Source of the DNA: Lingula anatina
Taxonomy: Eukaryota; Animalia; Brachiopoda
Direction: 5' to 3'
Assembly: GCA_051362555.1 (NCBI GenBank)
Contig: CM120646.1
Location: 15,748,001-15,812,000, forward strand
Length of the DNA stretch: 64,000 nt
Below are positions 38,201-49,055 of the stretch, piece by piece. The stretch's first letter is position 1, and every line of letters begins with the position of its first letter. The notes below the pieces were generated by a model. It did no database searches. It was given only the letters and a program-made list of their open reading frames with translations, and was not told the DNA's origin. The position numbers were made by a program, and so were the translations under genes.

Positions 38201-41200
38201 AGAGTGGAAATTTAATCAACTTGTATCTAAGATAAGTCTGTCATCTAGAGTTCAGTATGTAAATGTTATTCATTCCTTATCCTTATCCAAACATGCCAAA
38301 TATCACTATTAAGTGTAAATTTACAGCAGATTCATCATGTCATTTCATCATGTTTTAATTTCAGGCTCTGATGAGGACAGTGATGAGGACAGTGACGAGG
38401 ATGAGGATGAGGACTGGTCTGATGAGGATGAGGACTCTGAGATGGGAGGATTTGACCTGGATGTCTGTCCTCCTGGATGTGACCAGGTAAGTATGAGGAC
38501 TGGTCCAACCTGTACTGGTGTGTATGTGTGTGCTTGTGTGCATGCATTGATGTATGTGCATGTGTGCCTATGCATCTGTCTGTGAGAACGTGTGTAAATT
38601 GTGAGTGTATGTTTTTACATGTGTGAATAAGAGTGAGTCGTACTCATAGTCTTTCTTCTCAATATGTCAGAACCATTATCCAATTATATACCACCTTTCC
38701 ACTGCTCTTTAAGTGTTAAAATCTTCATAATAACATAACAAATTTTGAGAAGTCAAAGTAAGCATATGCCCTTTCAATTCCGGTTCTTATTTCATTTAGA
38801 TTACGGCATAAATGATGAAGTGTTTTAAATGAATATTAATACTTTTTAAAGTTAAAACTTTCCATTCCTGCAGAACCTGTACGACAACACATGCCAGCTG
38901 CGTGAGAAGCGTCTGGACATTGAGGAGGCACTGACAGAGGAGAAGAAGACCAATGACACCATGAGGAAGGAGGTGGAGACGCTGCAGAAGAAGGCGAAAG
39001 TCATTGATGGTGCGCTGAAGAATGCAGAGGCTGATCTGGAGGCCTTCCAGGTAAGCAGACACCATTGATGCCATGTGCAGATCTAGGGATGGTTTGTCAA
39101 AAAGAACATAAAATGTTGGTCTTTGACTTCGGTTTTATTTTGGGTCAAAGTATACAAAGAATGTTGGTCTTTCTGTTCAAATTATTGTACCACCAGCGTT
39201 AGCGCTGGCGGTACACATGGTTTCGGTCCCGTCCGGATCGTTCCGCCGGCTCCGCCGGCTCCGCCGGCTCCGTTGGCTCTGCCGGCTCCGCCGGACGGCT
39301 ACCGTTACCGCTTCTCCTCCTAGACAGTAAGGGCCCCCGTACCCATCTCATGGATTTAGGTCACCTATAATCTCAACTCGTTCCACGTAAAATTTGGGCT
39401 TTGTCGGTATTGGGGTCTGGGTGTGGCACTCATTGCAATGCACCCTTGTCTAAAAATGGCAAAATTAAATGCTAATTATCTACCCTACTGAAGGAGTTAT
39501 GGGAAAAATTTCTATAGACGGCTTTCCAAAAGTCATATGTGTAGATTTCAAATATACCCTTGGATTTGACCTTTGACCTTTACTTCAAGGTCAAATGGGC
39601 CAAAATTTTCAAAAAAATGAAATTTTTTACGAAAAATTTTTTTTTTGCCCTGTTATTCAGACACCACACAGACTTAACCAATAATATTATTGGAAGGTGT
39701 TACCCTTCAGGTCATCTTTCATCTCCATGAATTTGGGGTCAATCGGTGCATTTTCACGGGAGTAGCGGCCATAAGATACCGAAACTGAAAACTGTCTCTA
39801 ATTCGGGAACCGTTAATGCTAGAGACCCATTCTTTTTTGCATTTTGTAGAGCATGTAAAGCCCAACACTGGAGGTGGTCTCGGTTTTTTTGTATTCCATA
39901 CGGTTTTCGAGTTACGCTGTATCAAAAAGTACATATTGGTGGTAAAAGCAAAATGTGCAGTACGGTAATGGATAATAAATTTTGAACTCTGGAAAAATAA
40001 AACATAAGGCTTGGCAAAGCAGACAACTTGTGTTCAAAAATGACATTATTTCATCAAATTTGAACTTCTGAAACTTCAGAGCACCTCCTATTTCAAGAAT
40101 TTTGACCAAAATGACATTTTCTTTATTTTAATTAATTTTTTCTGTACGAAATTTAAGGCACATTATGGTAACTCCAAAATTATAACATTTAGTCCCTTAT
40201 ATCTCCAAAACTGGCAGAGATAGGTCCATAGTTACTATTGAAGTTGAATAGGAAGTCATATACTGGCAATCTTACTATGACCTTGAAAGTGACCTTTGAC
40301 CTACTTTTCACCATGAACTGAACTTTGCAAATTTTTCTTCCCTTTTATCTCCAAAACTGGCAGAGATAGGTCCATAGTTACTATTGAAGTTGAATAGGAA
40401 GTCATATACTGGCAATCTTACTATGACCTTGAAATTGACCTTTGACCTACTTTTCACCATGAACTGAACTTTGCAAATTTTTCTTCCCTTTTATCTCCAA
40501 AACTGGCAGAGATAGGTCCATAGTTACTATTGAAGTTGAATAGGAAGTCATATACTGGCAATCTTACTATGACCTTGAAAGTGACCTTTGACCTACTTTT
40601 CACCATGAACTGAACTTTGCAAATTTTTCTTCCCTTTTATCTCCAAAACTGGCAGAGATAGGTCCATAGTTACTATTGAAGTTGAATAGGAAGTCATATA
40701 CTGGCAATCTTACTATGACCTTGAAATTGACCTTTGACCTACTTTTCACCATGAACTGAACTTTGCAAATTTTTCTTCCCTTTTATCTCCAAAACTGGCA
40801 GAGATAGGTCCATAGTTACTATTGAACTTGAATAGGAAGTCATATACTGGCAATCTAAATGTGACCTTAAAATTGACCTTTGACCTACTTTTCACCATAA
40901 ACTGAATTTTGCAAAATTTGCTTCCCTTTTATCTCCAAAACTGGCAGAGATAGGTCCATAGTTACTATTGAACTTGAATAGGAAGTCATATACTGGCAAT
41001 CTAAATGTGACCTTGAAATTGACCTTTAACCTACTTTTCACCATAAACTGAATTTTGCAAATTTTGCTTCCCTATTATCTCCAAAACTGGCTGAGATAGG
41101 TCCATAGTTACTATTGAACTTGAATAGGAAGTCATATACTGGCAATCTTAATGTGACCTTGAAATTGACCTTTGACCTACTTTTCCCCATGAACTGAACT

Positions 41201-43873
41201 TTGCAAATTTTGCTTTCCTTTTATCTCCAAAACTGGCAGAGATAGGTCCATAGTTACTATTGAACTTAAAAAGGAAGTCATATACTGGCAATCCAAATGT
41301 GACCTTAAAATTGACCTTTGACCTACTTTACACCATAAACTGAATTTTGCAAATTTTGCTTTCCTTTTATCTCCAAAACTGGCTGAGATAGGTCCGTAGT
41401 TACTATTGAACTTGAATAGGAAGTCATATACTGGCATTATAAATGTGACATTAAAATTGACCTTTGTCCTACTTTTCACCATAAACTGAACTTTGCAAAT
41501 TTTGCTTCCCTTTTATCTCAAAAACTGGCAGAGATAGGTCCATAGTTACTATTGAACTTGAATAGAAAGTCATATACTGGCAATCTAAATGTGACCTTGA
41601 AATTGACCTTTGACCTACTTTTTATCATGAACTGAACTCTGCTTATTTCTTTCTCTTTTAACTTCAAACTTGACAGAGATAGGTCCATAAATACTCTTGA
41701 ACTTGAATAGGAAGTCATATACTGGCAATTTACTGTGACCTTGAAATTGACCCTTGACCTACCTTACGAAGAACTTAAATTTGATTGTACCATATATATT
41801 TTTTGCAATAGTTTAAAAATTCTTGTTGATTGCATTTTTACAGCTTGTCAAGCACAAAACTGGTGGCTGTGTCCCTTATTTTGTGTATGTGGGGGTCTAT
41901 ACGAATGCGCTTGCTCCAGCTGGTGGTACAATATTCGGAGGCGGTATCGCCTCTCTGATCCTCTAGTTATTATTATTTTTTTTTTTTTTTTTTTTTTTTT
42001 TTGACACAGCTTCTGCTAGCAAAATAACAGACAATTTTTGGCAGGGAGATTCGGCGTACTATGAAAACAGTCTTTCCTCTTGATCTGCAGAATTAATATC
42101 ATAGGTACATTAACAACAAGATATCCTATATGTTTTCAGCTTGAAAAGCAGCAAAAGATCAATGAGCTGGATGTGGTGGTGGTGTTGAAGCTGCACCAGA
42201 TCCAGTACATGGTGAACAGCGTGCTGCCCCAGGACCTCAGCCAGTGCCTGATCTTTGAGTCTGGAGGCATTGTACAGCTACAGCACAGGATCAAGGAACT
42301 GGAGCATGAGAAAACACTGCAGAAAAAACAGATGAAGTTAGTGGGAATTATTTGTTGTATAAAATTATTCCTGATTATGGTATCAAATTTACAAATTTGC
42401 ATTTTGCAAAATGATTTTCACGAGTGGTACAGTGCAATGTAGTTTTATTTGTATGTGGATGGATGTTCCATAGAACAATTCTTGTTAACGATTATTGGTA
42501 GAAGCTACTATATGAAGAAGACACACTTTTTGAATGCAATATTTTAATTAATGAAAGGAAGAAGACTCTAAAAGCTTGATGAAGTCTACTTAATTTTTAC
42601 TTTGCTTTACCTTACTCATTTCATTTGTTTCCAGGGAAGCCAGGAAGAAGCATGTCCAACTTATCAAAGATCGGAAGGTATTTGAGGCAAAGATAGGCGA
42701 GATGGAGGAACAATGTAACCAGATGATGGTGGCCAAGTTTGGACGAATTGTTGATTTGGAGAAACTGGAGACGGTCACAGTAAACAGAAATATTGAAGAG
42801 TTGAAGGAAAAATTGCGGATTACAGAGATAGAGTGCACCAAAGAAATCTCCTCCTGGCAGGTAAGTTAAGTCTGATGAAAAGAGATATTGAATTTAGCAT
42901 ACCATGGGGTGATGTTGATCAGTGGCTTTTTTTTTTTTTTAGTACTGCTTACTGTCTGTTGTTCTCCTAGCCCCTGGCCTCTGCAGAATGTGAAATTATC
43001 CTTTTAGACGTTCTCTCACTTTAATCTCCCCATCCCATCTTGTTCTGTGTAGTTGTTTGTACTAACAAATAGCTCATGGCACACCCAAAAACGTTTTTTG
43101 TTCACATACTTTCAGGACAAGATTGGTCACTACAAGGACCGCATCACGGAACTGACCAGAGAAAACACGGACAAGCTTGACCAGCTGAACATGTTGATGG
43201 GAGAGAAGAAAGAGTTTGAAGGAGCACTGGACTCCAGACAGAAAAATTTGGTATGTTGTTCAACAAAAGTTATATTTTATGTATTAAATATCATATAAAC
43301 AATTGTCTGTGATATGTTTGAGATAAAAAGGGTTGGTCTTTAATACAAAGGGAAGTAGTTTACAGATTGTTATTTACACAAGCTGAAAAGATGGAGAAGA
43401 GGAGTTGGTTGAAAATGTCTTACAGTGACAGTAACTTTGTTTGAGAAATTAAGTGAGGGTTCAGTGTCTTGTAAGAATGTTCTAATGGATTAGGTTCTGT
43501 AAATGAAATTGAATCCAGATATTGTATATTTTATGTATGTATTTTTTATTGGCTAGATAAATTGTTATCTCTTATTTCGTGTGAAATCGACAATATTTAG
43601 ATTATTTCATTTTAGTTACAAATAATTTATCAAAAATTATACGTTTATTCTAAATACATTTTGAACATTTCATTTTCACTCTTTCAGGGTGGTGAGTTCA
43701 GTGGAAATAGAAAAGCTGATCTTCATGAACGACAGCGGCTGATACAATTGGTCCAACTCCAGGCTCAAGAGATAGAGGCACTGAAAGAGGAAATTACGCT
43801 GCTCTCTAGGAAAGGAGGTCACATTCTGCCACCTGCTCAGCCGCCTTTACAACAAGGCGCAGGCGGACTCTAA
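20281..43873 (+). CDS. CFAP44: Cilia- and flagella-associated protein 44 (WDR52): WD40 N-terminal half and coiled-coil C-terminal half, ~38 exons
   Basis: First exon 20281-20323 ([14 protein letters not shown]), acidic exon 23334-24163, then HSFGFD..., [151 protein letters not shown]; TAA ends at 43873. Confidence 0.96.
21152..21985 (+). CDS. Candidate 834-nt in-frame cassette exon of CFAP44 (disordered, S/P/E-rich)
   Basis: Stop-free frame (ORF 21118-21996) with CAG acceptor ending at 21151 and G|GTATTA donor at 21985/21986. Phase 1-1, matching the flanking CFAP44 exons. Could alternatively be a second first exon. Confidence 0.65.
30164..30302. repeat. Two-copy ~67-bp intronic tandem duplication
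   Basis: TTTTTATCACCTGTCA.AAATTATTATCGCATTTT.AAAGGTGAT occurs twice. Confidence 0.85.
31739..31920 (+). repeat. Diverged duplication of a CFAP44 3' splice-site region
   Basis: TTTGG(A)TATTGTACTTCTGT...AACATGA..CATTCCAG|G.TGA occurs twice: copied acceptor at 31807, functional acceptor at 31915. Confidence 0.65.
34171..34572 (+). repeat. ~29-bp minisatellite (~14 degenerate units) built from a CFAP44 5' splice junction
   Basis: Consensus TACCAGATGGGTCACAG|GTAAGCATGGGG. The first unit is the real exon end and donor at 34190/34191; a ~172-bp higher-order repeat is visible (34240 vs 34413). Confidence 0.88.
39182..41967 (+). mobile_element. Non-autonomous Helentron-type element (HINE/DINE-1-like) in a CFAP44 intron
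   Basis: Subterminal inverted repeats TATTGTACCACCAGC (39183-39197) and GCTGGTGGTACAATA (41919-41933); partner IR at 39203-39215 forming a 5' hairpin; (CCGCCGGCT)n tract at ~39243-39300; internal tandem array; 3' hairpin GAGGCGGTATCGCCTC (41938-41953), then CTAGT and a T-rich flank. No coding capacity. Confidence 0.85.
40200..41765. repeat. 146-bp tandem array, ~10.7 units
   Basis: The unit start ATCTCCAAAACTGG recurs at 40201, 40347, 40493, 40639, 40785, 40931, 41077, 41223, 41369, ~41515, with a diverged last unit at ~41661. Confidence 0.97.
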
Positions 43874-44275
43874 TACAAAAGAACATCAACTTGCTTGCAA
43901 CTGGAGCAATATGAAAACTCAATTCCCTTTCAACAGACATTTAATTTTTTTTTTTCTAATTTGATTTACTTGAGCTTACTGTGATAGCTGATGAGATGAC
44001 ATTATATTTTTTCAGATGCAAATTCTCTTTTTTGTAACATCCATATAACTCCTCCGTCCAAATGGGCCTCAGAGCATATGAAATAAGAAAATCCGTCCTA
44101 AATACAAAAAAGTTGATGCAGATGTTTTTAGATTGTATCTTTTTATGTATTAATGTATTGCAGCAATCATTACATTTACAAACAATGGGAGATGTATGCA
44201 CTGAAAATGTTTTATATATGTATATATATATATTGTTCTGTTGGATCATATGCCTCATTCATTCTAAGTATATTG

Positions 44276-44381
44276 AATAAATACAATTATTCAGTGTTGT
44301 AATTGTTGTTCCTTGTGTACATGTTATATATTTCAAGAAATGATAAGAAAACACACACATCAAATAACATTTAGATTTATT
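44276..44381. terminator. Convergent polyadenylation signals of CFAP44 (+) and PRDM10 (-)
   Basis: AATAAA at 44276-44281 followed by GT-rich sequence on +; TTTATT at 44376-44381 (AATAAA on -). Confidence 0.55.
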
Positions 44382-45589
44382 ACACATTCAAATAAATCAA
44401 TACATGATTTATTATCACTTACTGTAACCATATTATGTACTATAATGATTAATGCCCTAACAGATATAACCCCCAATCATACATTACCAAACAATTCCTT
44501 CTACATTACAAATGTAACAAACATGCAGCTATGCTCTCACTTTTATTCTGGATAAGCATTGTACAAAACTACTTTGTCTTGGCTTTAATAAGTATAGAAA
44601 ATTACTATCTTACTCTACTGAAATTTTAGTAATATAATGCCAGAGATCATTTTACCATGTATTAACTTGATCATGGAGTACGTAAAGTGTACAATGCATT
44701 CAACACTGCATGATGTGTTACAAGAGTAGAAAATATTATCAAGAATTTTAAAGTAATAATTTTTAAAAATCTTCTTGAAATTAGAAAACATAATCAATAC
44801 CCAAAACATGATAATTTTTCATTGGCGTGCAACATTCTGTGTTGCCACATAGCTTAAGAGAAGACAACCAAATAAATATTTGTGGACAAATTCTATCAGC
44901 TGTGATTTTTTTAAACACGACACTTGCTAGTCTGTCATTATTGCTGACCCCCTTTTCCTGCAAATATTAGCTGCTCCATATTCTTTTTTTTTTTTTTGCA
45001 TGAAACACTTAATGTGATATATCAATCAAAATTAGGGCATCCATTCACCAGTGAAAACTTCCTATTATGAAGAACAAACTTGTACATTCAACACCTACTA
45101 TATTCTCATTACCCCCCCCCTCCCCCCGCTACTAAGTCACTAGTGTTTCACACAGAACAAACACAGTGATGTATCTTTTTAACTTTTCAACATGATTATG
45201 ATTTCACTGATACCCAATTTGAAATAAATTTAAAAAATCAGGTCATTCTAGTACCAAAAACATTTTGCTGCCATTCTAATAGTCCACTGCTCACTTACGC
45301 TGTACACGATAATGACCTTGGCATTTGCCAAGCTGGCCATACAAACAAAAACTTTTTTTTTTAAATTACTGACTATTGGTCCAATGTTTCACTTTCTTCT
45401 AGCTCCAATAACTGCGTGCAAACACATACAACAACATGTTCACAATAGTTTACTTTCAAGTAGGCTGTTATTTACAAATGGAAAAGTCTGCAGGGTTTGG
45501 ACTCCACTAGATGATTATGATCAAGATACTCAAGACTATCAGAAAATAAAGAGTGTTCTGAAATTTTTACATATTCATATAGAAAAAAA

Positions 45590-48500
45590 TCAGCGATAGT
45601 TAGCAAAATTTCCAGCCTGTGTCCATGTGCTTGGTATATAAGTGACAGGAATACCACCCTGTGTGTTTGAAACTGCCACCTGGATGGACTGAGGGAGGCC
45701 TTGGGAGTTTGGTACTGCCACCTGGATTGGCTGAGGGAGGCCCTGGGTGTTTGGTACAGCCACCTGAATTGGCTGAGTCAGGCCTTGTGATTGTGGTACA
45801 GCTACATGGATTGGCTGAGGACTGCCCACTTGGATTCCTTGAGGATTTGAGACAGCTACTTGAATTTGCTGAGGGCTGCCACTCCCTGTGTTTATTTGAA
45901 CCTAGATTGTGCAAGAGTTATATATAAGAATGGTATAGACAGGGTATTGTAAACATTATAGCTGTAAAAGTTAATCTTAGATGGTATGAATAAGAATTTG
46001 CACATGTCCACCAAAAATCATCTCATTCTATTTAAAAATCCTTCAGGTATTCATTTTAAATGATGCACATCTTTCACCCTTCTCTTGATCCATTTAGAAT
46101 CTAAGGGGCTGTTCAGAATGAGTTATGTTACCCCAGCTAATATGCACTAAATCCGCAGAGACTCTCCCTGGATGCTAAAATACTTGACTGGCAACAAGTC
46201 ACACCTAACACAATCAACTTACAGCATACCAAAGCTAACACATTCAGCTAGCACCATGTCACAACTAACACATTCCACTCTCACTAGACAAAAGTAGTAA
46301 ACCCAGACGATCCAACTGACACATTTTCCTACCTGTCCCTGTGGAGTATAGTGAAGGTGTGTTATTTGTCCAAGGTGACTGATGTCTATGGTAGAAGTGT
46401 GTTGTCCTGGGTGTGGGGTGAGTCGTGGGGTTAACTGGTACTCCACTGTGCCACCTGGCTGTGGTCTGTACTCAGTTAGAGACTGGGTTAGCTCACTCAT
46501 TGCCTGGGTTAGCAGGTCTGCAGCCTGAATATGGAATATATCATTATCAATATTCATTTAATCTCATATGTCAAAAGTGCATATATGCACTTACCTCTTC
46601 CTCAGATATATATGACTGGGAGTTTATTACAATCATTATGCAGAAACAAAATGATATTTAGTTCATTATCATACCAGTTAAGACAAAAATAAGCTTTTAA
46701 TTGGTAAAAGAAAAATCAAATAAATTAAAAGGACCAGCAAAATTAAACTCTCTAATACTCACTAAAGCTTTGGAATTATCTATCTATCTTAACTCTTAAC
46801 TTTTTCTTTCAATCCATAAAATTACTTTTCATGGCTGAAAGCATCTGATCATATTCAACGTGAGAGAGGTGGTTTCATCTCTGTTAGTTACTATTTTCCA
46901 TGCCCTCAGGGTACTGTTGATTCTACCTGTTCACCTGGCTATTCTTCATGGGCTGACCACCCTGCTGGTCATTCTACCTACTCACCTGGCTATTCTCCAT
47001 GGGCTGACCACCCTGCTGGTCAGTTTGTGGCTGTTGTAACATCAGAGTGTCTAGCTGCTGCTTGTTTTCCATCGACCTCCGGACAATCATTGGTGGTGCC
47101 AGCCGTGGGTGCTTCTTACGCTGATGCTGCAGCAACTTGGCTTTGCCTGGGAAAAATACATTTTAATAATAAATGTGCTACAATCATTTAATTAATTCTG
47201 TTCTTTTTGGTTAACAAATGACAACCACACTTTTTAAATGATAATTGTATTAAAAGATGGTGTTACTAAACTTTGAAACAGTACAGAACGCCTACTTTAT
47301 CATATTAGATATACTCGTTCAAATAATTCCAGGAGGTTGTCACATACTGGCATATTGTTTGTGGCAGTGTTCACAGGGATGAGGCATGGCCGTCACACTG
47401 CCCACAGTCTGGGAGAATGTGGGGTCAGGGAAGTTCTGCAGCACCTGCTCCACCTCAAAGATCTGTTTAATGCGTCCACTGGCTGGCAACTGGGCACCTG
47501 GATGGTTCTTCATGATGTGGGCCTTACGCTTAGAGCTGGACTTGTACACCTGGATGAAAATATTCTAATGTGAGTCTTTCGTTTTATAATTAACAGATAA
47601 ATGTGAAGAAGTGCAAGATATAAATAAATGAATGAAATGAAAAGAAAGAAAGAAAGAAGGCAAGAAACTTCTGGCAAAATCCATCCACAATGCAGACTAA
47701 CAAAATCCTGCTGACTTGATAATCTTCTAAAATGAAGGTTCCTAGATATAAGACAAACAAGAAATATAAAAGACTTACCTTGTCACAGTACTGACAGTAA
47801 TAGTCTCTCTGTGTCTTTAGAATAGGTAAGTTCAGCTCTGGCACTGACTCAGGCTTAACATCCGGGTGACGCTTGGCCAGATGATTGACAAGCATGCCTC
47901 GTCTCTTGAACCCCATCAGACAACTATGGCACTTGTAGATAAAGCGGTGATATTCACTAGGGGACACTTTCGGGGTGAACTTCTTTTTAATGTTTGACAA
48001 ATTAGGAGTGCTGTTCAACTGCATGGATGCCTCGCGTTCAGCAGTATGCATGCGCTTCACATGCTCTTTCAGTTTGTCCTTACGTTTGAACTGCCTGCCG
48101 CAGGTTTCGCACATGAACTCACGGTGTTCTGAATGACGCAACATGTGCAGCTTGAGTTTGTCGGGCCGAGGGAACACCTTCCCACACTGGTCACAAGGAA
48201 ACTGCTTCTCAGGGTGAAAGAAACGCATGTGCTTTCGTATGTCATTAAAGTCTTCAAATGTTTTCGAACAAATTGGACAAGGGTAGACGCCATTGAAACA
48301 ATGCACAGCAGAGTGCTCTCGCATCACCTGTAAAGTAAAGAGAAGTTAAGTCTGGTTCTTGTGTATCGTATGCCACTGTGTTTCATGACAATAAGCATGG
48401 TAGATTTTTTTACCCTTGTTCAGACTGGGTGTAGAAAATTTTACCTCTCTGAAGACAAAATGAATACCAACAGAATATTAATAAAAGAGACAGATGGAAG

Positions 48501-49008
48501 ACTTAGATATGGCATCATGTATGGGATGTTATATATCAACCTCAAAATTAAACTGTGGAGATAATAATAATCAAAATATGCAACAATCAAAAATGAATAA
48601 TATCCTGCCTACCTGTACCATATCAAAACCCATGTGACACACAGGACACTCGTAGTATTTCTTCTCACTGTGGGTCTTCATGTGGCATGCCAGTGCTGAG
48701 TTATTCATGAAGCGTTTGTAGCATACAGAGCACGGCAATGGCTTGCTGTCCTCACTGCCATGACAAAGCATGTGCTTCTCCAAGCGGTCCTCGTTACTGA
48801 ATGCCTTCCAGCACTGAGTACACTTGTACGGCTTCAGGGGGTTGATGAGGCGTGCACGGCGAGATCTGGCATGTGTACCTGGCACCACAGAGGAGCAAAT
48901 TAAATTTAATTTACGATTTCTGATAGACTAGACCCCCATTTAAAAAGAACTGAAGCCCATCTTTATTTTTTTTACTCTCCCAACCTCTCTTAAACTCTAT
49001 TGTAATAC

Positions 49009-49055
<47 letters not shown>

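Noticed and set aside
40200-41765. 146-bp array as a CRISPR array
   Set aside because: Whole units repeat with no unique spacers, the context is a eukaryotic intron and there are no cas genes.
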